DNA of 63,225 nt, counting the filler, from Octopus bimaculoides (Eukaryota), in NCBI RefSeq assembly GCF_001194135.2. It is 6 parts of 6 records of this genome, joined end to end, with 100 filler letters (N's around TTAATTAATTAA, not from the genome) between each part and the next. Parts side by side here need not be neighbours in the genome. Positions count along the whole stretch, not along the records: positions 48,439 to 60,546 come from NC_068990.1; positions 60,647 to 63,225 come from NC_068981.1; 4 more parts are not named here. The stretch is one strand, 5' to 3'. Positions 51,273 through 63,225 of the stretch are shown here, piece by piece. The translations under genes were made by a program, and so were the position numbers. How positions within the stretch are numbered: position 1 is the first letter of the stretch; every line of letters starts with the position of its first letter. The notes under the pieces were generated by a model. It was not told the origin of the DNA. It was given only the letters and a program-made list of their open reading frames with translations, and searched no databases.

Positions 51273-51929
51273 CTCAGACACTTTCTAACTCTCTGCATCC
51301 TGTCTGTCTGTCTGTCTGTCTCTCTTATACACACACTTGCGCACTCACGAATACATGCATATTTATATTCTTTGGAATATTGTGCTGCTTACAGCGTTTC
51401 TAGGCCTATATGCATATGAATATACACCATAAGTGAGAGAATGTGTTGTAATTTGTTTCTTCTTTCGTCACACATACAGACGTACAAAGAACTCACGCAT
51501 ACAGACCAATACACACACACGTAAGTAAAAACAGACATAGACACACAACCACTACGATTGTTGTTTTTGTAACATTTTGTGCGGTGCATGACAAAATCGA
51601 GAAGATTTCTTATCACAACTGAACTTTAGAAGACTCCATCAAACATACCTTGCAGCTATGGCAAGAGGTCTGCAGCCTTTGGCATTATCACGGCATCATT
51701 ATCGATCCTAAAATACGACGTCTAATATCTGCTTACCTTCTTTTTTTCGCTCTCTTCATTTGAATATAATAATATTTTATACACATATGAATATACAGTT
51801 GAATAGTAATGAATACAATTATTTAATACGTTGTAAAGTTGCTCATTTTATTTTTGTTTTTCTGATATGAGATAATACAAAAATATCCCAAAAGACTTAA
51901 GAGAATAAGTAGAGAAATATAGACTCACA

Positions 51930-52040
<111 letters not shown>

Positions 52041-52051
52041 TTATCTATCTC

Positions 52052-52082
<31 letters not shown>

Positions 52083-52104
52083 GTCTCGCTATCTGTCTCT
52101 CCCC

Positions 52105-52144
<40 letters not shown>

Positions 52145-52167
52145 AAAGGACAAATTTTTATTATAAC

Positions 52168-52234
<67 letters not shown>

Positions 52235-52450
52235 GGACTTACAAATATATATAACATGGACTTACCAGGACTTACAAATATATATAACATACAGAAAATT
52301 GCACATCTGGGCACTGCACACATCCTACGCAAAACACTTTCAATACAGTAACCATAAGAGCATCACAGCAAACCACAGCACATACCCAAGGCGCACAGAG
52401 CTGCGCTCGGTAGTGAAGTGAAAGCACGTTATAAAAACAAAACTACTGAA
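52235..52450 (+). mobile_element. R4/Dong 3' end fragment (subfamily B) in (AAT)n
   Basis: GLTNIYNIQKIAHLGTAHILRKTLSIQ* plus 3' UTR. Near-identical to 62010-62245. Confidence 0.85.
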
Positions 52451-52451
52451 C

Positions 52452-52488
<37 letters not shown>

Positions 52489-52489
52489 T

Positions 52490-52701
52490 CAGGGGCTAGC
52501 ATGCATTAAAGCCGTAGAGATGAAAATTAATATAAGTCTATAATTATATATAATATATAATTATAATGAAGGGTACTGCGAAAAGTATCAGCATGCTAGA
52601 AATAGAAGTCAAGATGTCTCTAAACCACCTAAATCACACATAAACACTAGTGAAAGCTAGGAAATTTTTAACTCTATGGTTTTAATGCATGCTAGCCACT
52701 G
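52490..52701. mobile_element. MITE with TIRs of about 40 bp
   Basis: CAGGGGCTAGCATGCATTAAAGCCGTAGAGATGAAAATT vs rc CAGTGGCTAGCATGCATTAAAACCATAGAGTTAAAAATT. ATAT on both flanks. Confidence 0.8.
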
Positions 52702-52719
52702 ATATTATCATTATTATTA

Positions 52720-52777
<58 letters not shown>

Positions 52778-52807
52778 CATCATCATCATCATCATCANNN
52801 NNNNNNN

Positions 52808-53320
52808 GCATTTGTACAAGTTATCTCCAAGTCTCATCCAGAGACATCAAGTGACAACAAGTTAGAAGTTCATGTTGGTGTTATGCCTAGGTTGCCATAT
52901 ATTTCGTTTTATAAATAGTATTGTTGTAAAGAAATTTTAAGAAACCATAAGAGAATTATGAATTTATTTTAAAATTTCAGATTACGTAGTCAGTATTTTA
53001 CTTAGGATATGGGCAGTTCCCATGAGCACTATCTTTTGAATTTCTGCCATTTTGGGGTTTCCTCGTATCACCCACTTTTGCTATCATTCCTAGAGCACAT
53101 ATGACAACAAGTATTGTTTTAGTCTTTAGGTTCCACATTTTGCTAATTTCTATTTCAGGATCTTTATACTTGCTCAGTTTTAGGTATGTCTTGACAGTCA
53201 TATCAATGAGGAGGCATGATTTTTGACTGAAGTCTTTCAATATAATGTCTGGCGTATTTGCCTCTATCTTTCCGTCAGTTTGAATGGTGAAGTTCCGACA
53301 TGAAGTAACATGAGCACTCA
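52808..53320 (-). mobile_element. R4/Dong 3' end fragment (subfamily C)
   Basis: IQTDGKIEANTPDIILKD...LIDMTV...KLSKYKDPEIEISKMWNLKTKTILVVICALGMIAK (restriction-like endonuclease). The 3' UTR matches 60894-61015 and 50566-50660. Confidence 0.88.
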
Positions 53321-53736
53321 CCAAATAAAATAAATGCACTGTAAATGATAGTAATAATACTGGTATCAAATTTAGGCACCACGCCAGCAATTTTGCGGAG
53401 GGAGTAAGTTGATTGCACTGACCCAGTGCTCAACTTGTTATTGTATTTATCGACTCTGAAAGAACGAATGGCAAAGTTGACCTTGGCGGAATTTTAACTC
53501 AGAACGTAAAGACGGACAAAATACCGCTAAGCATTTCGCCCAGCGCAATAAGTATTGTACCGGCTTGCCCCCTTAATATGATATTATCAAAGAGAATCGG
53601 ATCTCCGTCTGTCTGTTCGTCATAACATGTATTAGGCGGAGCGAAAAAAGGGGGAGGAATCATTCACAACGAAGTTTTAGAAGAAGCGGGAGAGAAGGTG
53701 GTGTTGTTGGGAGAGAAAAATAGTGTAAGAGAGTGT

Positions 53737-53801
<65 letters not shown>

Positions 53802-53814
53802 GTGGATAGATAGG

Positions 53815-53881
<67 letters not shown>

Positions 53882-55097
53882 TTATATATATATATGTAGA
53901 AGAGGTAGGCAGTGATATCACCATAGTAACTAACAAGTCTTAACTTTTAAGTGCAAGTTTTAAGTGCAATCCTGTCAACGCAACGGGACACACTTTAAAA
54001 AAAGAGTATATTTGTATAAATATATATCTATGACATATATATAGTTATTATATGTTTTTGGTTGTATGTGAGTATGTGTTTCTGTGTGTATATGCGTGTG
54101 TAAATGTGTTTGTGTGTGTGTGTGAGTGAGTGTGTGTTTCTGTATCTTGCAAATTATCGATAACACAACACCCACTTTTAAAAATACTTTCCCTTTGAAC
54201 AATTTATGAAGATATGTGCATGATTAACTAATATTTTTACCTGTGCCGTAGCAATGACAAACGACCTAGTAATAGTAATTGTAATACCTGTGCTGCCAAT
54301 TTTTGTGTCAGGCCAGTTTATTTGTTCTTCTGTTTCTGTGATAACATGAATCCTCGTTAGATTTAATCGCATTCTTACTGAACACTCATACATCGTATTC
54401 GACTGGAGATTCCACCATCATATACACACAAAATAACTACCTCAGTTTTACATTTTGTACATTACAATGAGGTTGTGACATATTTAAAAGTGAGATGAAC
54501 TAGTTTCTTACTGTTACACCCTCTTAAAGCTGTCAAAACGTCAACGGCTTCCTTTCAACGGCTCGGCTGGAATTGTTAGAGCGACTGCATTGCACTGAGA
54601 GTGATATAATATAATTTACAGTGTGTTAACCTTAAATATTTATGCAGATTCTCCTCTCTTAAGCATTTTGCTGAATCACCTGCATGCATAATTTGTGTAT
54701 AATAATCAAATGTTTGTACTGTGCATGAGAGCGTTCCCTCCCTCAAATCGAAGTTGTCTGTACAGGTGCATGGGATGAGCCACACGTCGGACGTCGAAGT
54801 GATAACAGTGTTACGTGAAACGAAATGTTTTTTTCATGAACACAATGCGCCACCCGGTCCCGGAAATCGAAACATAGGTATGTGTGATCAAATGTTTGGC
54901 TCACGAACACATTGCACGGCCCCCTCCCGGAATCGAAACAGAGTTACGCGTGACCAAATGTTTTGTTCATGAACACATTGCGCCGCCCGGTCATGGAATC
55001 AAAACAACGATAGCGCTCGCCAGATCATCGTCATAATTGCTATGATACGCGAAACATATATGGCGGCGCAAACTTATTTACAATTTTAATAATGAGT

Positions 55098-55327
55098 TAT
55101 TTCTTTACTATCCACAAGGGTCTACACACGGAGGGGACAAACAAAGACAGACAAACGGATTAAATCGATTATATCGACCCTAGTGCGTAACTAGTACTTA
55201 TTTAATCGACCCCGAAAGGATGAAAGCAAAGTGGACCTCGGCAAAATTTGAACTTAGAACGTAGCGGCAGACGAAATACCGCTAAACATTTCGCCCGGCG
55301 TGCTAACGTTTCTGCCAGCTCGCCGCC
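55098..55327 (-). mobile_element. tRNA-derived SINE (third family; Meta/CORE-type central domain), young
   Basis: rc ggcggcgagctggcagaaacgttagc...ttctaagttcaaatttt...ggtccactttgctttcatcctttcggggtcgattaaataagtac. 20-bp direct repeat ttacaattttaataatgagt at 55078-55097 and 55328-55347. Other copies: 1355-1530, 21405-21612, 21628-21855, 24160-24350(+), 53365-53575, 62672-62884. Superfamily assignment is from memory and unverified. Confidence 0.85.
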
Positions 55328-55801
55328 TTACAATTTTAATAATGAGTGTTGAGGAGTAGGATTGTAGCTGCAGATGACAGGATTATTAAAATCGAGACAT
55401 TTTGCAATTTTACATTAATCATTTAATCCACTTCTACGTATGGACCTCTTTGATTCCTATCTTATTTGGGTGGACCGTCGTCGCCATTTATTGTTTAGTA
55501 AAATCCTTTTATATTTCTATTTTTAAATACTAATAGGAATTGAATTATTTGTTTTTTATTTTAGAATTGTAGAAATATAACGAATTTATGGCGCGTAATC
55601 CCAACAACATATTCGTATATGGAACCTAGTGATATGTGAGCCCCGGTTGAGAATTTTAATGTATGAATAACGGCAATATATATATGTGCGTGAGTTTACA
55701 CAAGCATCTATCTACCACTCTATCTCACCCGTTCTTTCGCTCTCACATTCTCTCCCACTCTCTTTCTTTATCTATCGCTGTCTATATGTCAGTCTGTCTG
55801 C

Positions 55802-55846
<45 letters not shown>

Positions 55847-55903
55847 AAGTTATCCATCTTATATATATATATATATATATACATGTATATANNNNNNNNN
55901 NNN

Positions 55904-55968
<65 letters not shown>

Positions 55969-56293
55969 AAACAGACAGACATACACGTATATATTACAGC
56001 AGTATTGCAGTATTAGTTCCAACCATTGTTGAGGCATAAGCGAACTTTAGATGAGTTCAAATATGCTTGTGACATATTTCAATTTCTAAAGGCGAATCCA
56101 TTGTAGATGCCCTAGAGAAAATCTTCTCCCATATGAAAAAGGTGTAAAAACACCATATCTGCCTATTGTTGCCCTCTATCGGGGTTCCAGACGCAGTTCT
56201 AATTCTTTAGCTGTTAACAATAGGAAATAATGAACAGATATATGTCGGGGAAGATTTCAAATCCGTAGATTTAACTAAAACAATCAACAACGG

Positions 56294-56516
56294 TATCCAA
56301 GAGTGTGGGATATTCCGCCATCGGAGACTAATAAAAGTTCACAGTTCAACTTTCCGATCTTGTTAATCGGAAAGTAGAACTGTGAACTTTTATTCTTCTT
56401 TTTCTTCATCTCCTTATTCCTTTATTCATGTCCTCTATGTCGTCATTTCATTAATCTATACCCTCCTCATTTTCCCTATTTGTCTCCGATGATGGAATAT
56501 CCCATACTCTTGGATA
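56294..56516. repeat. Nested inverted repeats (hairpin within a fold-back)
   Basis: Inner 29-bp arms at 56330-56358 and 56366-56394 with one mismatch and a 7-nt loop. Outer arms of about 40 bp at 56294-56333 and 56477-56516. Confidence 0.85.
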
Positions 56517-59500
56517 TCCCAGAAACTGCTGTAAGACTTCGAATTTTTTTTTCCAATAATAATAATGTATATGTTTGCCTTGCTTTAACGTTTGTTGTCT
56601 TCTTTAACAATTTTATATCCGCTACATCGGAAATCTGCAATAGCTCCATAATTACTGTCTCGGCTATAACATGGGAGTCTCAGTAATCCGTTAGAGCACT
56701 TACCTAGCGTACCTAGTCGTTTAGAACACCTGTAAACTTAACACCCATATTTTGCAAATATATATATATATATATATATATATANNNNNNNNNNNNNNNN
56801 NNNNNNNNNNNNNNNNNNNNNNNNNNNNNNNNNNNNNNNNNNNNNNNNNNNNNNNNNNNNNNNNNNNNNNNNNNNNNNNNNNNNNNNNNNNNNNNNNNNN
56901 NNNNNNNNNNNNNNNNNNNNNNNNNNNNNNNNNNNNNNNNNNNNNNNNNNNNNNNNNNNNNNNNNNNNNNNNNNNNNNNNNNNNNNNNNNNNNNNNNNNN
57001 NNNNNNNNNNNNNNNNNNNNNNNNNNNNNNNNNNNNNNNNNNNNNNNNNNNNNNNNNNNNNNNNNNNNNNNNNNNNNNNNNNNNNNNNNNNNNNNNNNNN
57101 NNNNNNNNNNNNNNNNNNNNNNNNNNNNNNNNNNNNNNNNNNNNNNNNNNNNNNNNNNNNNNNNNNNNNNNNNNNNNNNNNNNNNNNNNNNNNNNNNNNN
57201 NNNNNNNNNNNNNNNNNNNNNNNNNNNNNNNNNNNNNNNNNNNNNNNNNNNNNNNNNNNNNNNNNNNNNNNNNNNNNNNNNNNNNNNNNNNNNNNNNNNN
57301 NNNNNNNNNNNNNNNNNNNNNNNNNNNNNNNNNNNNNNNNNNNNNNNNNNNNNNNNNNNNNNNNNNNNNNNNNNNNNNNNNNNNNNNNNNNNNNNNNNNN
57401 NNNNNNNNNNNNNNNNNNNNNNNNNNNNNNNNNNNNNNNNNNNNNNNNNNNNNNNNNNNNNNNNNNNNNNNNNNNNNNNNNNNNNNNNNNNNNNNNNNNN
57501 NNNNNNNNNNNNNNNNNNNNNNNNNNNNNNNNNNNNNNNNNNNNNNNNNNNNNNNNNNNNNNNNNNNNNNNNNNNNNNNNNNNNNNNNNNNNNNNNNNNN
57601 NNNNNNNNNNNNNNNNNNNNNNNNNNNNNNNNNNNNNNNNNNNNNNNNNNNNNNNNNNNNNNNNNNNNNNNNNNNNNNNNNNNNNNNNNNNNNNNNNNNN
57701 NNNNNNNNNNNNNNNNNNNNNNNNNNNNNNNNNNNNNNNNNNNNNNNNNNNNNNNNNNNNNNNNNNNNNNAAGAAGAAGAAGAAGAAGAAGAAGAAGAAG
57801 AAGAAGAAGAAGAAGAAGAAGGAGAAGGAGAAGAAGAAGAAGAAGAAGAAGAAGAAGAAAAACAAGAAGAAAAACAAGAAGAAGAAGAAGAAGAAGAAGA
57901 AGAAGAAGAAGAAGAAGAAGAAGAAGAAGAAGAAGACAACGACGAACAAGAACAAGAACAAGAAAAAGAAGAAGAACAAGAAGAAGAAAAACAAGAAGAA
58001 AAACAAGAAGAAGAAGAACAAGAAGAAAAACAAGAAAAACAAGAAAACAACAAGAAGAAAAAGAAGAAAGTTGGTACTAACAACAAATAAAAACATCAAT
58101 AAAAGTAATAAATTACATCAGCAACGCTACTATTACTACTACTACCACTACTGCTGCTGCTGCTGCTTGTAGTAGTAATAGTAGTAGTAGATAGTGGTAG
58201 TATTATTTCGTAAATTATAGACAAATAAGGAAATCAATCAGTCGCTGCACGTCAGTTAATATTTCTGTATATGTAAAATACATCACTGTAAATAGACGAA
58301 AGTAATTCGATAATCTAAATTGCCATGTTCTTCTATTTCCTCATGCCAAAGCTAACTTATTTTCAACAACAGAAGCTAATTTTGCCGATTTTAAACAGCA
58401 ATATATAACATGTTTCATCTATAGTAATCTGTGTACATATACACAGAATGTAATCATTATATAAAATTAGTATACAACAGAATCCATGATAAATACGAAG
58501 CGTTTGCATGTAAGTTTATTGTGAGTTCACGACATCAGTATTTCTCTATAAACATTTAACTGCCTAATATTAACATTTCGAGTGCAAGCTCCGAAACAAC
58601 GCATTTTACGTATTTCCAAATTTAGCATTGCATTATACTAAAGCGTTGTCTTCAACGAAACCTGGAAATAAATCGTTTTTTTTTATTTTTCAACTGTTTC
58701 GACATCATTGTATATTTTTTCCTTTTATTTCGGAATAAGATTTGATTTACCAAAATTACCAATAATATATCAATACTATGGAATAGGAGATTTATTATTT
58801 TTTTTAACTTTTCCATAAAAGAAATAAATAGAAATGAAAATTGATTTTCTTCTCCATCCCTCTTTTACATTCAAAGATCAATGAATATTAAAAAAAAATG
58901 TTGCTAAAAATGTTTAACAATAAGTTGATGAAATGTGTTTCTATTTCCCACGTTACTGATAACCCATTTAAGGTTCAATTTATAAGTAATTATCTTATTT
59001 CTACAATAAAATACACAAATATAAACAAAAGACAAATATATAACAGGAGATACAGTGCATTGCTTTGCATTGATCGACACAAAATGAAGAATCTAATTCG
59101 ATAAGGTGTATTTATTATCATAGGTTTTTAAGTTGACGTCCTCCATAACTTTATTACGACAAAATGAATTTTTCTACTAACGAATTGGATTGTATGTGTT
59201 TAGTATTTACATAAGTATATTTTAGCGCTTAATTTATAAATGAACTGACGGTGAGATAATCTTGCTATACATAAATACATACATACATACATACATACAT
59301 ACATACGTATATATATATATATATATATANNNNNNNNNNNNNNNNNNNNNNNNNNNNNNNNNNNNNNNNNNNNNNNNNNNNNNNNNNNNNNNNNNNNNNN
59401 NNNNNNNNNNNNNNNNNNNNNNNNNNNNNNNNNNNNNNNNNNNNNNNNNNNNNNNNNNNNNNNNNNNNNNNNNNNNNNNNNNNNNNNNNNNNNNNNNNNN

Positions 59501-59664
59501 NNNNNNNNNNNNNNNNNNNNNNNNNNNNNNNNNNNNNNNNNNNNNNNNNNNNNNNNNNNNNNNNNNNNNNNNNNNNNNNNNNNNNNNNNNNNNNNNNNNN
59601 NNNNNNNNNNNNNNNNNNNNNNNNNNNNNNNNNNNNNNNNNNNNNNNNNNNNNNNNNNNNNNNN

Positions 59665-59699
<35 letters not shown>

Positions 59700-60269
59700 T
59701 GCATGTATCTATATCTGTGTGTATACACACACATATATATGTACGTAATTTTACTGTATTTTATCGACGTGAAGAATGCACATACATTCGTAGATAGATA
59801 CATATATACATATATGTGTGCGTGTGTGTGTGTGTGTGCGTGTATTCTTAATTTCAATAATAAGTAGTAAAATTATTCATACATCTATGACAATTATATC
59901 CCTCTAAAATAGATGTATACATTCGATTTACGTACTGTACTCACAACTCGAGATATGAAAATAACGTTAAAAAAGCATAATAAAACATGCACAGAGAAAC
60001 AGAACGACAATTGCCTTAAAATACACCAACTGCTCTTGAATATAAATCAGTAAGGGCAAAGCATACCAAGAAATATGAAGTCAATACGAAATAAAATATA
60101 CAAAATATAGAGTAAAAAACAAACAGAAACCAACGAAGTAACGAGAACCAATAGAGCAAAGAACAACGAATAAATTGACATTAGAAATCTCATAAAATTG
60201 ATATTATTACGACAGCCCTAGTCACATGTGATTGGATCTATTTACATCACAATCATACACATTTGTATG

Positions 60270-60303
<34 letters not shown>

Positions 60304-60646
60304 GGTATGTATGTAAGTATGTATGAATGCATGTATGTATGCATGCATGTCTGTATGTATGTGTATATGTGCGTGTGTGTGTATATGTATGTTTGTATGT
60401 ATGTATGTGTAGGATAACCCTAGTCACATTTGATTGCATTTATTTACATAACAATGATGCACATATGTATGTATGTATGCATGTGTGTTTATGTATATAT
60501 GTATGCATGTATTAAAATAATTACTTATAGATATATATGTATATATNNNNNNNNNNNNNNNNNNNNNNNNNNNNNNNNNNNNNNNNNNNNTTAATTAATT
60601 AANNNNNNNNNNNNNNNNNNNNNNNNNNNNNNNNNNNNNNNNNNNN

Positions 60647-61015
60647 GAATCTGAAGACGAAAACAATACCTATTGTCATAGGTGCCCTGGGAATAACAGT
60701 GAAACGGGCTGATTACTACCTAGCTCAGATACCAGGAAACCCCAAAATGGCTGAAGTTCAAAAGATAGTGCTCATGGGAACTGCCCATATCCTACGTAAA
60801 ATACTGTCTATGTGATCTCAAATTTTAAAGCAAACACAATTTTCTTATGGTTTCTTAAACATTCACTTGAACAAAACTGTACAAATCCAAATATATGGTA
60901 CCCTAGGCATAACACCTACATGAACTTCTAACTTGTTGTCTCTTGAGGTCTCTGGGTGAGACTTGGATCCAACTTGTACAAATGCAAAACAAAAGTCAAA
61001 CATAAAATGATAATA
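60647..61015 (+). mobile_element. R4/Dong 3' end fragment (subfamily C)
   Basis: NLKTKTIPIVIGALGIT...IPGNPKMAEVQKIVLMGTAHILRKILSM* plus 3' UTR. Confidence 0.88.
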
Positions 61016-61021
61016 ATATAT

Positions 61022-61504
61022 TCCCTGATGCAGTACCAGGCAGTGGCTCTCATGGTTTCTGATCTTAATCAATTGGAAGTGTTATCATGCATATTGATTG
61101 TTTTGGTATAAAAGATGGGCTACAGCAAATATTCTGCTTCATACCACAGATTTGCTTGTCAGTTGTTTGACCTTAACCAGTTGAGCATGTCCCTTGGTAG
61201 TTGACGATATGTGCATCTCTGCTCATGGGCAGAATTGTGTTTGCTCAACATCCTTAAACAACCCTTATTCAGGGACCTTTTGAGCAGGATGGGCCACTCG
61301 ACCGGAAGAAAATTCTAACTGGTACCCACCTGCGAGGTCATGCGCTGTTTATCTTGATACGAGATCACCATGCCGCGTACATATGGTTGTGAGGCATGTG
61401 CCTGGTGTATCCTTATAAAACGGGTAGTCATGATGGGTATAATGGGCTTTGTATATTTTACCCCAGTGTCACTTTGATGCCATGCACTGCTCTCTCACTC
61501 ACTC

Positions 61505-61505
<1 letters not shown>
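61022..61505. mobile_element. Second copy of the (AAT)n-associated 500-bp element
   Basis: Colinear with 49985-50535 apart from a deletion of about 70 bp. Confidence 0.75.
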
Positions 61506-61588
<83 letters not shown>

Positions 61589-62009
61589 NNNNNNNNNNNN
61601 NNNNNNNNNNNNNNNNNNNNNNNNNNNNNNNNNNNNNNNNNNNNNNNNNNNNNNNNNNNNNNNNNNNNNNNNNNNNNNNNNNNNNNNNNNNNNNNNNNNN
61701 NNNNNNNNNNNNNNNNNNNNNNNNNNNNNNNNNNNNNNNNNNNNNNNNNNNNNNNNNNNNNNNNNNNNNNNNNNNNNNNNNNNNNNNNNNNNNNNNNNNN
61801 NNNNNNNNNNNNNNNNNNNNNNNNNNNNNNNNNNNNNNNNNNNNNNNNNNNNNNNNNNNNNNNNNNNNNNNNNNNNNNNNNNNNNNNNNNNNNNNNNNNN
61901 NNNNNNNNNNNNNNNNNNNNNNNNNNNNNNNNNNNNNNNNNNNNNNNNNNNNNNNNNNNNNNNNNNNNNNNNNNNNNNNNNNNNNNNNNNNNNNNNNNNN
62001 NNNNNNNNN

Positions 62010-62238
62010 GCCTTAGGTATAATAAAAAAATATTCAGACAAATACATAACAAAAACACCAGGACTTACAAATATATATAACATACAGAAAATTGCACTAC
62101 TGGGTACTGCACACATTCTACGCAAAACACTTTCAATACAGTAAACATAAAAGCACCACAGCAAACCACAGCACATACCCAAGGCGCACAGAGCTGCGCT
62201 CGGTAGTGAAGTGAAAGCACGTTATAAAAATAAAACTA

Positions 62239-62325
<87 letters not shown>

Positions 62326-62670
62326 CGTAAAGGAGGAATACGAAAAACAAAATTTACAATACCATGAAATTTGAAATTGCGACAATTTGGAATACGAAAA
62401 CCGTAAATGCTGTGCCTGTAATACTTCGTGCATTGAGAACTGTAAGTAATGTTACAGAGTAATGGTTGAAACAGATTGGAATAGAATATCCTGTAGAGCT
62501 TCTGCAGAAAGTTTGCCTCTTAGGGACAGGAAAGATAATCAGGCGGGTCTTAAGCATTTGAAATTTTATTGAATGCTTGCGGATACCTAATATTAAGGTA
62601 GTAATCCGCGACCCACATCAATTATACCAGGAATAAGTTCGAACCTGAGTCGAACCTATAATAATAATAA
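62010..62670 (+). mobile_element. Two R4/Dong 3' end fragments separated by (AAT)n (62010-62245 subfamily B; 62325-62670 subfamily like 47008-47790)
   Basis: ALGIIKKYSDKYITKTPGLTNIYNIQKIALLGTAHILRKTLSIQ*; LLQKVCLLGTGKIIRRVLSI*. Confidence 0.85.
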
Positions 62671-62881
62671 TCCTTTCTACTAAAGGCACAAGGCCTGCAA
62701 TTGGGGGAGGGGCTAGTCAATTACTTCGACCCCAAGTACTCAAATGGTACTTCTTTTATCGTCCCCGAAAGGATGCAAGGCAAAGTCGACCACGGACGAT
62801 TTTGAACTCAAAACGTAAATACAACCGAAATAATACTAAGCATATTTCCCAGCGTGTTGTTGCCTCTGCCAAATCACCACC

Positions 62882-62952
<71 letters not shown>

Positions 62953-62953
<1 letters not shown>

Positions 62954-63225
62954 TCGGATTAGAAAAATGTGCCAAAGCAACCCTGAAAAGAGGAAAATTA
63001 GTTAAAAGTAGCAATATAACACTAGATAAAGCCAATGAAATAAGAGAACTAGACGAAAGCCAACCATATAAGTATTTAGGAGTCAATGAACTAGATAGGA
63101 TACAACATACACAAATGAAAGAAAAAATAAAGAAAGAGTACTATAGACGAGTTAGATCAATACTAAAAACAGAGCTCAATGCTAAAAACAAGATAATGGG
63201 TATCAACACTTTAGCTGTCCCAGTT
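62953..63225 (+). mobile_element. R4/Dong RT C-terminal region, running off the window
   Basis: Directly after (AAT)n: IGLEKCAKATLKRGKL...YKYLGVNE...KEYYRRVRSILKTELNAKNKIMGINTLAVP. Confidence 0.9.

Noticed and set aside
51649-51707. Minus-strand exon-like segment with an ankyrin-like peptide (DNAKGCRPLAIAA)
   Set aside because: Stops in all frames, and it lies 5' of the RHD whereas p105 ankyrins are C-terminal. At most a non-coding exon.
56713-58099. Long ORFs such as 56713-58099, 25209-25851, 37312-37960, 59200-59867 and 61449-62182
   Set aside because: They are open only because they run through N gaps and microsatellites.

Overview
Repeat-rich animal genomic DNA with no CRISPR array and no rRNA or tRNA gene. 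The microsatellite load, SINE families and 100-bp gaps carrying TTAATTAATTAA suggest an octopod draft assembly (inference). The one confident host gene is absent from the ORF track. It consists of three spliced minus-strand exons (33776-33637, 26483-26332, 22024-21888) that join in frame and encode the N-terminal half of the Rel homology domain of a class I NF-kappaB (p105/p100/Relish type; [17 protein letters not shown]...HAHELVGK...GVMHVTKRK). I found no next exon in the 21.9 kb downstream. That stretch is a stack of decayed and nested transposons: R4/Dong LINE with a nested Gypsy, a Helitron carrying a telomere-like repeat block, Merlin, a second Gypsy, hAT, piggyBac interrupted by a pogo-like element, and Penelope. 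The rest of the window holds an internally deleted RTE LINE, at least three SINE families, many (TAA)n-associated R4/Dong fragments, several fold-back/MITE elements, a solo LTR with a tandem GGAA-motif array, a degenerate minimal hammerhead, and a few low-confidence candidate micro-exons. Five scaffold joins make contig order and orientation uncertain.
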